A stretch of 64,000 bases of DNA, from positions 13,133 through 77,132 of IMG/VR virus record IMGVR_UViG_3300029585_000085; one strand, written 5' to 3'. This stretch comes from a virus. The notes beneath the pieces were generated by a model. The model saw nothing but the letters and a program-made list of their open reading frames with translations. It was not told the origin of the DNA and searched no databases. Positions within the stretch are counted from its first letter, which is position 1. The number at the start of each line of letters is the position of its first letter. Shown piece after piece: positions 27,934 to 37,958 of this stretch. A program made the position numbers and the translations under genes.

Positions 27934-29286
27934 ATGCCTCAAGCCGACATCGAAATCAACGGAGTAGCCTCCTCGAACGAGGACCTGCCCATCAACACTC
28001 TCGTCCAGCTGTCTAACAACGATGCCGGCGACGAGACGACATACACCTGGGAGATCGTTAACCAGCCGGAGGGCCCAGCCGATGCGCTCTCGAACACTGG
28101 TATCGAGAACCCAACCATCACCCCTCAGAAGGAAGACACCTACCTGATTCGCCTAACGGTCGACCAAGGTCTTCCGACTGAGGTTGTCGACACCAAGCTC
28201 TTCCGAGTTCGTCGTTTCAAGACCGACGCGGTTCTCGTTGCTGTCGGCGAAGCGCAAGCCGGCACAAAGGGCGCATGGTCGTTCGACCAGAACGAGACGC
28301 TCAACAAGCTGCTCCAGCGCCTGTACACGGGACAGATCATCGTTGCGCAGGCTGCCGGCCCCATCACCGTTGGTGCGGTGGTTCAGCTCGACGACACGAA
28401 CACGATCAAGGCAGGACTCCCCGGAGAGGAGAGGGTGCCGCGGGCGTCCAACGTCAACGCGACGGACCCGGCGATCGCATCCAAGGTGGTCGGCGTTGCA
28501 CTGGGGCAGCCCAATGGGAGTGGTGTTGTAATCGCAGGCGACATGCTTCTTGTGCGAGTGAATGGCCTCCTCGACCTCCCCAACGTCGGGGCGCCTGCGT
28601 TGGGCGACCCCGTCTTCGTGTCGGATGCTGGGACCCTTGCTCTTGCTCAGGGCACCAACCGACGAAAGATCGGAACGGTCACCGATGCGACGCCGGGAGC
28701 CTGGAGGGCTTTCCTTTCCACGTTGACAGAAGAGGCCGGAGTTCTCCCAGTCCACGCGCTGGGCGGCCCCTTCCATGGAGCCGACACGCTGGCCAACCTC
28801 AACAGTAAGGTGATCGGTGGAAACCTGGACTTCGACACCGCATCGCGCCCGCCAAGCGGACCTGCCGGTGGCGGTCTCTCTGGCAACTACCCCAACCCAA
28901 CTCTGAACCTAATCTTTGGAACGGACTACAGCTACGTCGAGGACATCCCGCTTTCCACGACAACGAGTGCCGTTTTTCAAAACAAGCTCCAGAGCCTAAC
29001 TGGGGCGTTGACCGGAACTTACCGGGTTGCATGGTGGGCCGTTGTTCGCCAAACCAACACGGGCGACGCAGTGCAAGCGCGACTGTTCGAAGGATTCACT
29101 GCGTCCCAGATCGGGGCCATCCAGGAGATAGAGCCGAAGGATGTCAACGACAGGAAGTTCGTCGGCGGCTTCCACCATGTGGTTCTCTCAGCACAGCCGA
29201 CCAACTACATCATCCAGTGGCGCGAACAGCGTGGAAGCACCGCAGGAATTGAAGATGCTCACATCGAAATTTGGAGAGTAGCGTAA
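27934..29286 (+). CDS. Virion protein with N-terminal PKD/Ig-like domain
   Basis: TYTWEIVNQP...NPTITP...YLIRLTV motif. Confidence 0.7.
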   Translation: MPQADIEINGVASSNEDLPINTLVQLSNNDAGDETTYTWEIVNQPEGPADALSNTGIENPTITPQKEDTYLIRLTVDQGLPTEVVDTKLFRVRRFKTDAVLVAVGEAQAGTKGAWSFDQNETLNKLLQRLYTGQIIVAQAAGPITVGAVVQLDDTNTIKAGLPGEERVPRASNVNATDPAIASKVVGVALGQPNGSGVVIAGDMLLVRVNGLLDLPNVGAPALGDPVFVSDAGTLALAQGTNRRKIGTVTDATPGAWRAFLSTLTEEAGVLPVHALGGPFHGADTLANLNSKVIGGNLDFDTASRPPSGPAGGGLSGNYPNPTLNLIFGTDYSYVEDIPLSTTTSAVFQNKLQSLTGALTGTYRVAWWAVVRQTNTGDAVQARLFEGFTASQIGAIQEIEPKDVNDRKFVGGFHHVVLSAQPTNYIIQWREQRGSTAGIEDAHIEIWRVA

Positions 29287-29981
29287 TGCCATCAATCAAG
29301 TACCAGTACGTAATCGCAGACGACACGGCGAACGGCGCCGTCAACAACAACGACCTCTTTGCAGAGATTCTCGCATCCCCTGCCGTCGAGATTGCCCCAG
29401 AGAGAGTGGACTCCGCCGGAGCAAACATCGAGGTGTGGATGAAGGCGATGATGCCAGACCATGTTGGCACCTCGGAAAATGGAACCTCCGCCCTCATTGC
29501 CGCTGTTGTTGGCGCTCACCAGGGCAATCCGCCGGCCAGCGAGGTGCAGGTGTTCGCCCCAACCTTCGAGAACACTGGCGGCCTGCATCCTGAGTGGAAG
29601 GGCCATCTCTACACCGCCGTGGCCGGAGCTACAAACATCTTCGATGAGCTAGTGACCACAGAGAAGCAGCTCCGCGCCGGATGGTATGAGCTAATGGACA
29701 ACAATGCTCAGGTCGGCGACTATATCGAGGAGGCCATCGTCGACAAGGATGACGTGTTGGGATTGTTCTCACTCTACGGCCTCACCCCCGGCTTGCATGT
29801 TCTGGAGCTGAAGAAGTACGTCGCTCAGAAACACATCAACCCATTGACCGCAGGCCAGCGCATCGCTTTCGACGTCGGGTCCACCTTTGTGATGACCGCC
29901 GGCCTCTACATGAGAACCATCTATCAATCAACCGGACCCACGGACGTTCAACTGGAGGTAGTGACCCTTGCCTACGAGTAG
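29286..29981 (+). CDS. Hypothetical virion protein
   Basis: 231 aa from ATG 29286, TAATG coupling. Confidence 0.75.
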   Translation: MPSIKYQYVIADDTANGAVNNNDLFAEILASPAVEIAPERVDSAGANIEVWMKAMMPDHVGTSENGTSALIAAVVGAHQGNPPASEVQVFAPTFENTGGLHPEWKGHLYTAVAGATNIFDELVTTEKQLRAGWYELMDNNAQVGDYIEEAIVDKDDVLGLFSLYGLTPGLHVLELKKYVAQKHINPLTAGQRIAFDVGSTFVMTAGLYMRTIYQSTGPTDVQLEVVTLAYE

Positions 29982-30147
29982 AAAGAAAAAACGGAAACAA
30001 GTCATCGAAGCCTACAAGGCCATCGCGCCAGCCCACGAGCGAGTGATCGTAAACGGCCACGAGGAGGGCGGCGAGGTAATCAAGAAGAAGCTCCCCGAGG
30101 GCGTCGACTGGCAGGCCCGCGCAGCGATGCGGAACGCAAACCGATGA
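29968..30147 (+). CDS. 59-aa basic small protein (MPTSRKKKRKQV...); not in ORF track
   Basis: TTG start with GGAGGT RBS; ATGA coupling to the next gene. Confidence 0.55.
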   Translation: MPTSRKKKRKQVIEAYKAIAPAHERVIVNGHEEGGEVIKKKLPEGVDWQARAAMRNANR

Positions 30148-30461
30148 AACAGAAACCAGAGCAGAAGAAAGGAAACCTTGGCATCACCTTGACCAAGGTT
30201 TTCCTCGTTGCGGGGATTCTCATCGTGGCGGTCTACGACGTAATCGCCCTCTGGGTCTGGGGCGTGGATGCCACCATTTCCAGGGTTGCCGGCGTTGAGG
30301 CCAGCTTTGATGCGCCCACCATACCGTTTGGTGTAGGCTTCGTTTGCGGGCACCTCTTCTGGCCTCAAAAGAGGAGCTACCGGTCAAGTCCAGAAGCGAG
30401 AGCCAAGGAAAAGGCCAAGCCACAACCCTTACCAGAGGCCAAAACAGCACCAGAAGACTGA
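30144..30461 (+). CDS. Two-TM membrane protein (holin candidate)
   Basis: Two hydrophobic segments and a charged C-terminus. Confidence 0.6.
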   Translation: MKQKPEQKKGNLGITLTKVFLVAGILIVAVYDVIALWVWGVDATISRVAGVEASFDAPTIPFGVGFVCGHLFWPQKRSYRSSPEARAKEKAKPQPLPEAKTAPED

Positions 30462-30472
30462 GGAACTAAAGC

Positions 30473-32464
30473 ATGGCACCACCTCTCATCCTAATCGACC
30501 AAGCGGGCCTCCCCGCAGGAACCCCGGGACAGTCAAGGAGAGATGTGGTTGTCGGCGTCCCGGTCCAGCTGGCAGACCCAGCAAACCCCGTCACCAGCGT
30601 CTACTTGTGGGAGCTGGTGACGCCTCCACTTTCGGCCTCGGTCCTAGACGACCCGGCTTCAGCAACACCGACATTCACCCCCGACGTACCCGGCGCCTAC
30701 CTGATCTTCGTGACGGTGAACGGGGTCGAGTTCAGCTTCACGCTAGACTCCGACGGGAATCGCATTTCCAGCCAGGGAGGCTGTGGCATCGAGCTGCCCA
30801 ATACGACCCTGGGTAACGGAATCGGAGAGTCTCTCCAGTTCAGCCCCATCGGGTGGGGTGAGCGCTTCGACGAACTCTGGCCGTTCCTCGACGCTATTCG
30901 CGCGGGCGGCGGGGGCGGCGGATGGATCCGGATCGTCGACGTCCAGGTCCCCGGCGGCTCGACCGCGAACCCGGTCTACCAGGACCCGCCCAACAACACG
31001 ATCCTCCAGTCCATCACGGTCTCGGCTGGGACCTTCAACGTCACGGTGGAGTGTTCCTATCCGCTAGTCCAGGCCAACGGCGGCCCGTCCATCGTCCTGG
31101 CCCCTGCCGGCGATATCTACCGCGGGGATGTGCCCGTGACGATCTTGGCGGACGGCGATGTGGTCATCCAGGCCATCGATTCGGACAACAACCCCGGGGC
31201 GTCGGACACAATCGCCATCGATATCGACGATCCCCCCGTCCTTCTCACTCTGTCGTTCACTGGCGGCTACCCTGGAGCCCAGACGGAACTCAAGGCCGGC
31301 GACGTCTTCCAGCTCACGGGAACGACCGACGTCCCCGCCGACGCCATCGAGGTGGCCGACGCTGGGGCCTCCTCGGCGGTTCAGCTGCTCCCCTTCGCCG
31401 CTGGGACGGCCTTCACAGTCACGATGGTTGTCGGAGACCGTGGGACGACCGTCCAGGCCCTGGCGGCCAGCGTACAGGCCCGTTCTGCGACCACAGGAGC
31501 CCTCGGCCCTGCTCGCTCGACAAACGAACTGGGCGGAGGCGTTGACGGGGTCGATCTCATCAACCTCAACAACCTGTTCCCCTCGGTGGCGATCGGAGCG
31601 ATCACCTACCCCGCCACGCAGGGCGCTCTCAAGGGCGCCGAGGCGGCGACGGTGGCCAACGTCCTCTCCGACTTCGACACGGTCCTCTACGACAGCCCGA
31701 CGGCCGAACTCACGGTCACCAACCCAGCGACGAGCGAGGACCCCAAGACGGTCAATCGTCTGGCTGGTGCCTACAACGTGGCCACGCCGAACTTCCGGAT
31801 CACCGCGAACCGTGCGGCCAACGACGCGACGACCGTCGAGCAGGCTGTGGTGGCCATCGCCAACGTGGCGGCAGCTCTCACGGTCACGGAGCCGGCGGCC
31901 CGTCTTCGCTCTGGCGGCAACAATGGGACACTCCCACAGGACCACACCATCACGATCACATCAGACCAGGACCTTCCCGCAGCTCCGACGCTGGCGCCGG
32001 ATGGCGGCGGGCCTCGCGGCGTCTTTCAGGGCGCCTTTGTCGGTGGCCCAACGGTGTGGACTGCCGATCTCCGAGTCGTCGACGACGACGACAAAGGGAC
32101 GTTCAACTGGGGAGCGATCGCAGCCGTCAACCTTGCCGGCATTCCGACCAACGTCATCACGGGCGATGCTCAGTACGTCCTTGGCGGATTCGTCGCTCGC
32201 TCACTCACCTTCGCAGCCTTTGCCACTCAGACAGCCCTGGGCACCGAGGTTGTGGATTTCACCAGGCTGCAAGCTGCGACCTTCTCGTCGACGGCCCAGC
32301 CTGCACTCAGACAGCCGATTGGAACGGCCCCTCCGGTTACGGACGGCTACACCATCGACGCCCTTGGCGTGAACCCAACGCAAGTCATCTGGCTTGATAG
32401 CGCCGCGGCTGGAGCGAACTCCGGTGGCACCGCGCAAATTGTCGACATCGAGGAAACCGTATGA
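30473..32464 (+). CDS. Large Ig-like/PKD virion protein
   Basis: 663 aa; N-terminal YLWELVTPP...TPTFTPDVPGAYLIFVTV; A/T/G-rich beta repeats. Confidence 0.75.
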   Translation: MAPPLILIDQAGLPAGTPGQSRRDVVVGVPVQLADPANPVTSVYLWELVTPPLSASVLDDPASATPTFTPDVPGAYLIFVTVNGVEFSFTLDSDGNRISSQGGCGIELPNTTLGNGIGESLQFSPIGWGERFDELWPFLDAIRAGGGGGGWIRIVDVQVPGGSTANPVYQDPPNNTILQSITVSAGTFNVTVECSYPLVQANGGPSIVLAPAGDIYRGDVPVTILADGDVVIQAIDSDNNPGASDTIAIDIDDPPVLLTLSFTGGYPGAQTELKAGDVFQLTGTTDVPADAIEVADAGASSAVQLLPFAAGTAFTVTMVVGDRGTTVQALAASVQARSATTGALGPARSTNELGGGVDGVDLINLNNLFPSVAIGAITYPATQGALKGAEAATVANVLSDFDTVLYDSPTAELTVTNPATSEDPKTVNRLAGAYNVATPNFRITANRAANDATTVEQAVVAIANVAAALTVTEPAARLRSGGNNGTLPQDHTITITSDQDLPAAPTLAPDGGGPRGVFQGAFVGGPTVWTADLRVVDDDDKGTFNWGAIAAVNLAGIPTNVITGDAQYVLGGFVARSLTFAAFATQTALGTEVVDFTRLQAATFSSTAQPALRQPIGTAPPVTDGYTIDALGVNPTQVIWLDSAAAGANSGGTAQIVDIEETV

Positions 32465-35043
32465 CCGCCTTTGAGGATTTCGTAAACCTGGAGCTTCCGC
32501 GCCGTCGGACGCTGCTCACTCTTGGCAACACCGGCGGGTACGACGGAGACCCGAATGATGTCGCAGCGCCTGCAATCATCCAGGGTGCCCCCCTAGGTAC
32601 CTGGTTTCGCGAAAACACCGCGGGTATCTGGTGGACCAAGACGGAGACCGTCTGGGAGGAGACCGGAGCAGGCGGAGCCAGTGTCCCGTCCCTGATGTAC
32701 CAGCCCGGCAACGGCGCCAACGGCGCTGGAGTCTTCGAGAACTGGGCGGATCTCTACACGGCATTGCTGGCAATCCGCGCGGCTGCTGGCGGCGATGTCT
32801 ACATCGAAATCGCGATCGACGACAACTTCGTAACCCCGGCCATCATCCCAGCGGGCACCTGGGATATGACGAACGTAAACATCGTCGCGGCCGTTAAGCC
32901 CCCTCTCTCGGGCCTCACCTTCCTGCACCTAGCCGAAGGTTGCTTCCTACCCAACTGCCGGCGCATGGGCGGAACGACGGCATCTCTCATCGTCCGCAAC
33001 GCTTCGACGACGACGATCCCCATCAACATCACCGAGGGCTTCGCGCTGTTCCAGAACGAGGGCGCCTTCCTTGAGTCGCTGAGCGGTTCGCCGCCGATGA
33101 TTCAGTACAACGGACCGGCCGCTGGTTTCTTCCTGGTCAACACAACCGACTTCGGCAACTGGGGGCAAAACGGGAGCACGCCGGTGATCGATATGCCGGT
33201 TGCCGGATCGACTCTGTTCACAAACTCCACGAATGGTGGGTTTTGGCCGCGCTCGCTTTCCGGTGTCCTCGGCACCGTCCTTATTGAGCAGGGCGGAACT
33301 GAACTTTGGATAGTCTCTCCGCAGGTTCTCTTCCTGGGAACGCAGTCACGGGCGAACCTTGCTGGCGGCACAGGGCCGTCGAAGGCGCTATTCGGATCCG
33401 CCGCTGCGCCTCTCACGGCGACGCCGTCTGGTGCCAACAGGAGAAACCGACAGGGCCTGTACTACTTCGACGTCTCCGGCGGACCGGTAAACTTCCTGGC
33501 CGAGAGTTTGGTGGCCACTGCGCGCGCGTCTGGCGAAGGCAACTCGATGACCCTCGTCGAGACCTCTGGAACAGCCGGGCTAACACTTTCGGTCCTGGCC
33601 GGCCAAACCCTGAATGGTGTCGACGGAGGCTCCTTCCCGGTACCTCCTGGTGGATCTATCACGTTCACCAACGATGACGTCGACGGGTACAACGTAATCG
33701 CGGTCTACGACCCGAACCTCACGCGACAGCAGCTCACCTGGGAGCCGCTAAGCGGAGGGATTGGACCGGGCGTATTCGCAACATGGACCGATGTCTACGC
33801 GGCAATCGAGGGCATCCGACTAGGCGCCGGTGGAAACGTGTCGGTTACCGTGACGGTTAATGCGATTTCGCAGAACCCAGATGCGGACCAGGCGGTCATC
33901 ACCGCAAGGGTCGCCCCTTACGACATGACTGGAGTAAAGATCGATGGCTACGGAGACTTCGCAACGAACCGAGTCGACATTGCCGATGGTGCGACGTTTA
34001 CAAACCTTAGGGAGTTCGGAAAGAACCTCGGCGTAGTCAACCTCAACACCACCGACCCTGCCGACGACTCTCTGGCAAACAACTCTAGCATCCAGATTGG
34101 TTTCAACACCTGGGTCAACTCGGCTCCGGGCGCAGAACCTATTTGGAGCGGGGCGAACATGAACCCCGGGGACTTTGCGCAGATCACGCTTGAGGACTTT
34201 TCTAGCCTCAACTTCAACAACGGGACCTCTCCCAATGGAGGGGTCATCCTAGATATCGCAGTTGCGGGAACGTTTGTCGGACTTGGCGGACAGGGAGCCA
34301 CGTCTCTATCTACTGCCGATGGTGCCGTTACGGGAGATCCTGGCTCCCTCCTTGTTATCATCGCTGGAAACATGCGATCGGTCCCCCCGTTTTCAACGTA
34401 CCCGGGGACCGTCTTCTCTCAGCAGATCAGAGAGCCGGCATCACTTCGGCACCAGCCCTACTTCGCCGCCCCTTCCACCGCGCCTCTTACAGTAACCCCA
34501 GGAGACTGGTGTCGCTTCAACACGACCGCAGGCGACATATCCTGCAACCTTCACAACACAGGTGGCTTCGCGACCCTGAGCGGCGTGTTCGCCATGGTCA
34601 CGAATGCGATCGGTGGGAACAACGTCCTTCTTAACCGACAGGGGACGGACACCATCAACGGCTCAACCGCAGCCTTTAGGGTTAGGCCTGGCGAGACCGT
34701 CCTGTTGATGAACGACGGGATCGGCGAATACAGGGCCATCGTGATCCTTGCTCGTCCGATCGTGGACATTGCGGCAAGCGCGGTCACGCCGGCAACCCTG
34801 GCAACGAACACCGTCCGCCGCTTTGACACGACCGGCGGAAACATCGTAGCCAACCTTCCCGCAGCAAACAGTGTAGCCAACGGAGACTGGGTGGATGTGA
34901 AGAACGAGACAGGGGGCAATTCCGTAGACGTAACCCCGGCAGGAGCAGACGCCATCGACGGCGTGGCAGCATTGAGCGGTGTTGCTGCTGGAGTTGGTTC
35001 CCGTTTCTATTCGGACGGAGTCGCCAACTGGACTAGAATCTAA
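32461..35043 (+). CDS. Large tail fibre/adhesin-like protein with internal duplication
   Basis: 860 aa G/A/T/N-rich; duplicated GVFxxWxDxYxA module. Confidence 0.75.
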   Translation: MTAFEDFVNLELPRRRTLLTLGNTGGYDGDPNDVAAPAIIQGAPLGTWFRENTAGIWWTKTETVWEETGAGGASVPSLMYQPGNGANGAGVFENWADLYTALLAIRAAAGGDVYIEIAIDDNFVTPAIIPAGTWDMTNVNIVAAVKPPLSGLTFLHLAEGCFLPNCRRMGGTTASLIVRNASTTTIPINITEGFALFQNEGAFLESLSGSPPMIQYNGPAAGFFLVNTTDFGNWGQNGSTPVIDMPVAGSTLFTNSTNGGFWPRSLSGVLGTVLIEQGGTELWIVSPQVLFLGTQSRANLAGGTGPSKALFGSAAAPLTATPSGANRRNRQGLYYFDVSGGPVNFLAESLVATARASGEGNSMTLVETSGTAGLTLSVLAGQTLNGVDGGSFPVPPGGSITFTNDDVDGYNVIAVYDPNLTRQQLTWEPLSGGIGPGVFATWTDVYAAIEGIRLGAGGNVSVTVTVNAISQNPDADQAVITARVAPYDMTGVKIDGYGDFATNRVDIADGATFTNLREFGKNLGVVNLNTTDPADDSLANNSSIQIGFNTWVNSAPGAEPIWSGANMNPGDFAQITLEDFSSLNFNNGTSPNGGVILDIAVAGTFVGLGGQGATSLSTADGAVTGDPGSLLVIIAGNMRSVPPFSTYPGTVFSQQIREPASLRHQPYFAAPSTAPLTVTPGDWCRFNTTAGDISCNLHNTGGFATLSGVFAMVTNAIGGNNVLLNRQGTDTINGSTAAFRVRPGETVLLMNDGIGEYRAIVILARPIVDIAASAVTPATLATNTVRRFDTTGGNIVANLPAANSVANGDWVDVKNETGGNSVDVTPAGADAIDGVAALSGVAAGVGSRFYSDGVANWTRI

Positions 35044-35061
35044 GAACAAGGAGGCAGAGAT

Positions 35062-35253
35062 ATGTTGATCCCAAAGATAAGAATTGAGCGCCCGGCCCCC
35101 GGGCAGGCTCGCATTTGCGTCATGGCGCAGGATGGAACCGTTCTCCACGAGAAGATCGAGACAGATCCAGCGAAGGCCGACGCGCTCACCGATGCGCTAG
35201 AAAACGCAGAGGGTGGAAGCAAGCTAGGCGTAGACCTGGGGCCAGGGGCATAG
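35062..35253 (+). CDS. Small hypothetical protein
   Basis: 63 aa, AGGAGG RBS. Confidence 0.7.
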   Translation: MLIPKIRIERPAPGQARICVMAQDGTVLHEKIETDPAKADALTDALENAEGGSKLGVDLGPGA

Positions 35254-35256
35254 CGC

Positions 35257-35397
35257 ATGGCTGTTTGGGGAATCTGCCCGTGGAGCATCACGCCGTGGAG
35301 TGCCTTCGGTGCAGAACTCCCCTTGCCTGTTCTAAACATCCGCGTGGTTCTCGTCGATGACCCACGCATCATCTGCCTCCTCCAGGAGGGAACCTAG
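35257..35397 (+). CDS. 46-aa hypothetical (MAVWGICPWSITPW...); not in ORF track
   Basis: Manual translation; exactly fills the gap between neighbours. Confidence 0.5.
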   Translation: MAVWGICPWSITPWSAFGAELPLPVLNIRVVLVDDPRIICLLQEGT

Positions 35398-35400
35398 CCC

Positions 35401-35775
35401 ATGTCTTGCGCAATCCCCTACACGATCAGACAAGGCGAGGCCCGCAAGCCTCGCTACACCGCTTTCACCGAGGACGGTGAAATCCAAAACCTGTCCGGCG
35501 CGCTGATCGAAATGCAGGTCAAGCCGCAGCCGGGCGACCCGGATTCCGAGCTTCTCATCAACAAGGTGAGTCCGCTCGGCATCATCATTCTCGACCAGAC
35601 GGTCGGCGGCGACACGGAGGGGCAGTTCGAAGTCTGCCTAGACCCGCAAGACACAGCGGGCATCGCACCTGGTTACTACTTCTACGACATCGTCCTCATC
35701 CTTCCCGGGTTTGATCGGAGCTACGGAGTTCTTCCATCCCCCTTCGTCATTGCCTCTGTGGTGAACCAGTTTTGA
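35401..35775 (+). CDS. BppU N-terminal-like Ig-fold virion protein
   Basis: IRQGE...NLSGALIEMQVK...YYFYDIVL pattern. Confidence 0.65.
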   Translation: MSCAIPYTIRQGEARKPRYTAFTEDGEIQNLSGALIEMQVKPQPGDPDSELLINKVSPLGIIILDQTVGGDTEGQFEVCLDPQDTAGIAPGYYFYDIVLILPGFDRSYGVLPSPFVIASVVNQF

Positions 35776-36131
35776 GCGATGTCCTTGGAGTTGTTGGCGT
35801 GCTTGGTTCGGTGGGCCTCGGCATCACCGCTGTGGTACTAGCTATTCGCAACGGCGGCCTGAAGGCTGAGATTCAAGAGGCTGACCAGCTTCGCAAAGCC
35901 GCCGAGGCTGCGCTTGCAGTGCAGACCACGGAGTCCGAAGACCAAAAGTTGAGAGCGAAGGCTCAAATCGCTAGCCTACGGAAGGAGCTAGAGAGATTTG
36001 AGAATGAGAAACTCGACGCGATCGAAGAAGAGCCCAATCGAGAGAAGCGCATCGCTGCTCGTCGCAATTGGGTTGTTGACGCTCTGCGCATGCTGCCCAA
36101 AGAGGCAGACGGCGCGGATCGTGACGGTTAA
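35772..36131 (+). CDS. Inner-membrane spanin (Rz-like)
   Basis: Single N-terminal TM helix followed by a coiled coil. Confidence 0.65.
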   Translation: MSDVLGVVGVLGSVGLGITAVVLAIRNGGLKAEIQEADQLRKAAEAALAVQTTESEDQKLRAKAQIASLRKELERFENEKLDAIEEEPNREKRIAARRNWVVDALRMLPKEADGADRDG

Positions 36132-36348
36132 GACGGCCTGCACGGAAGAGGCTCCGCCCAAGCGTGAGCCCGCCGAAATGTCCGGGGAGCTTCCAGAAAG
36201 ATGCCCCGAAGGTCTCGTTTGTTACACTGAGGAGGAACATTCCATAGTGGAGCGTGCGTTCCTGCACCTGCAAAAGCTGGAGCGGTGGTCTAGTCTCACG
36301 TGGATCGCCTGCAAACCCGCAGACGAAGAAGAAGGAGAAACACCATGA
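36004..36348 (+). CDS. Outer-membrane lipoprotein spanin (Rz1-like)
   Basis: Basic N-terminus, hydrophobic core, lipobox-like LTLCA-C; overlaps the i-spanin 3' end in another frame. Confidence 0.65.
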   Translation: MRNSTRSKKSPIERSASLLVAIGLLTLCACCPKRQTARIVTVKTACTEEAPPKREPAEMSGELPERCPEGLVCYTEEEHSIVERAFLHLQKLERWSSLTWIACKPADEEEGETP

Positions 36349-36914
36349 AAGCGAAATTGATACTTACTCTGACCCTCCTAGGGGTTTTGTCGTTCGGAGA
36401 TGCCCAGGCCCAAGAGCTTGACGCCGCACCAGAAGCACCGGTAGCAGCCGCCGAGGCTCCAGCAGAGGCGGAGGAAGCGCCGAAGCCCGACGAGGCACCA
36501 ACGGAGGAAGCGCCCGCCGAAGAAGCCGAGAAGCCAGCAGAGGAAGGCGATGCGGCCGAAATGGAGGAAGGCAAAGAGAAGCCTCCCGAGAGCGCCATCG
36601 ACCAAGGGAAAGAAGCCGTGAAGGCAGCCAAGAACGGAGAGTGGATCATGCTCTTCGGTCTCATCGGCATGCTGCTTGGCGGAATTCTTCGTAGTGGCAT
36701 GGCCATGAAGTGGGAATTCTGGAAGACCAAGACGGGCGGTTACGCAGTCGCGGCTCTCACAGGCCTGGGCATCCTTGGCTACGAGATTGTCGCAGCCGGC
36801 GGGACCTTCTCGGTCTCCTTCTTGATGCCGGCATTGGCGGCAACGGCGGCGGCGATGGGTCTTCACTCACCTGCCAAGGCTCTCAAGAACAAGCTCAAGG
36901 GAGAGGCCGCCTAG
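36345..36914 (+). CDS. Signal peptide plus acidic linker plus multi-TM protein (holin-like candidate)
   Basis: ATG 36345 with AAGGAG RBS; EEAPA repeats; 3 hydrophobic segments. Confidence 0.7.
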   Translation: MKAKLILTLTLLGVLSFGDAQAQELDAAPEAPVAAAEAPAEAEEAPKPDEAPTEEAPAEEAEKPAEEGDAAEMEEGKEKPPESAIDQGKEAVKAAKNGEWIMLFGLIGMLLGGILRSGMAMKWEFWKTKTGGYAVAALTGLGILGYEIVAAGGTFSVSFLMPALAATAAAMGLHSPAKALKNKLKGEAA

Positions 36915-36916
36915 CA

Positions 36917-37582
36917 GTGTCAGTCGCCGAGGACGACGACACAACGCCAGTCACCGCACCGGGCCGAAGGCTTTCTTCGGTTCCGGGCGGGGCGACCATC
37001 CCGGATGGCCTAATGGCTGCGGACGTGTCCGTCCCGGAGCATGTTGAATTCGAAGAGACCGGCAAAATCGCCGCAGCGTTTGAGGAGAAACTTCAAGAAG
37101 TAGAGGGCAGTCCGATGGAACAAAGCGCACTCATCACCGCCCTTGCCGAGAAGCTTCTCGAAAAAGGCGGGGGCTCCGCAGGAGGTGGAGGGTCCGGTGT
37201 TCCGCCGGAGGAACACGCGAAGTCAATCAAGAGGCACAACTGGGGGACGATCATCCTCGCTGCTCTGCTTGGGCCCGGCGGATTCATCACCGCCTGGTAC
37301 GCCCTCGTGGACCGCTCCAAGGACAACTCCGCCAAGGTCGAACAGCTTGATGCTGCCTCGAAGTCAATGGACGAGCGGGTCGAGCAGACCGAGAAGGATG
37401 TCAAATACATCAAGGTCCGGGTTGGCGAAGTCTCATCGACGATGAGCAACATCCAGGTTCAGCAAACCGAGATCTCCAACGGCATCAAGGCGCTGAAGCA
37501 AGAGAACGTTCAGCGACTTGAGCGAGAACTCCAAGACGCCCGGAGAGAGCTCCGACGGCGCCGCGGTTACGACGACGACTAG
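36917..37582 (+). CDS. Membrane-anchored coiled-coil protein
   Basis: GTG 36917; TM segment WGTIILAALLG...; long coiled coil. Confidence 0.65.
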   Translation: MSVAEDDDTTPVTAPGRRLSSVPGGATIPDGLMAADVSVPEHVEFEETGKIAAAFEEKLQEVEGSPMEQSALITALAEKLLEKGGGSAGGGGSGVPPEEHAKSIKRHNWGTIILAALLGPGGFITAWYALVDRSKDNSAKVEQLDAASKSMDERVEQTEKDVKYIKVRVGEVSSTMSNIQVQQTEISNGIKALKQENVQRLERELQDARRELRRRRGYDDD

Positions 37583-37815
37583 ACGATCGCGTAGGCCGCG
37601 AACGCTACAAGCAGGCCTGCGATCACCATGAAGATGAGCCCCGCCGATTCGGTACGCGGGCTCATGTAGACCGGCTCCAGCTGCGATGCGAGGATTCTTC
37701 TCGCCGTCTCATTGCTGATGTGCCCGGGTCGTTTCTGTGCCGGAACCATTCGAGGGGCGGGCCTCAATGGTTCCGGCAACAATCGGAGATGCGGTTTCGT
37801 GTCGTCTCTGTCCAT
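37579..37815 (-). CDS. Small protein with C-terminal TM (start uncertain)
   Basis: MDRDDTK... with purine-rich RBS; C-terminal hydrophobic helix. Confidence 0.45.
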   Translation of the reverse strand: MDRDDTKPHLRLLPEPLRPAPRMVPAQKRPGHISNETARRILASQLEPVYMSPRTESAGLIFMVIAGLLVAFAAYAIV

Positions 37816-37958
37816 CACTATCTTCCCTTCCTCTGCAAAACCAGCAGAGCCAAAACGCGCCGACGAGGTCGCAGACGATCCGAATGTTGCACCCGTCGCA
37901 ATCACAGTACCGACTTCTCCCCATTGTCGGCGCACAATGATGGAGCTGGTCTGTCCTG

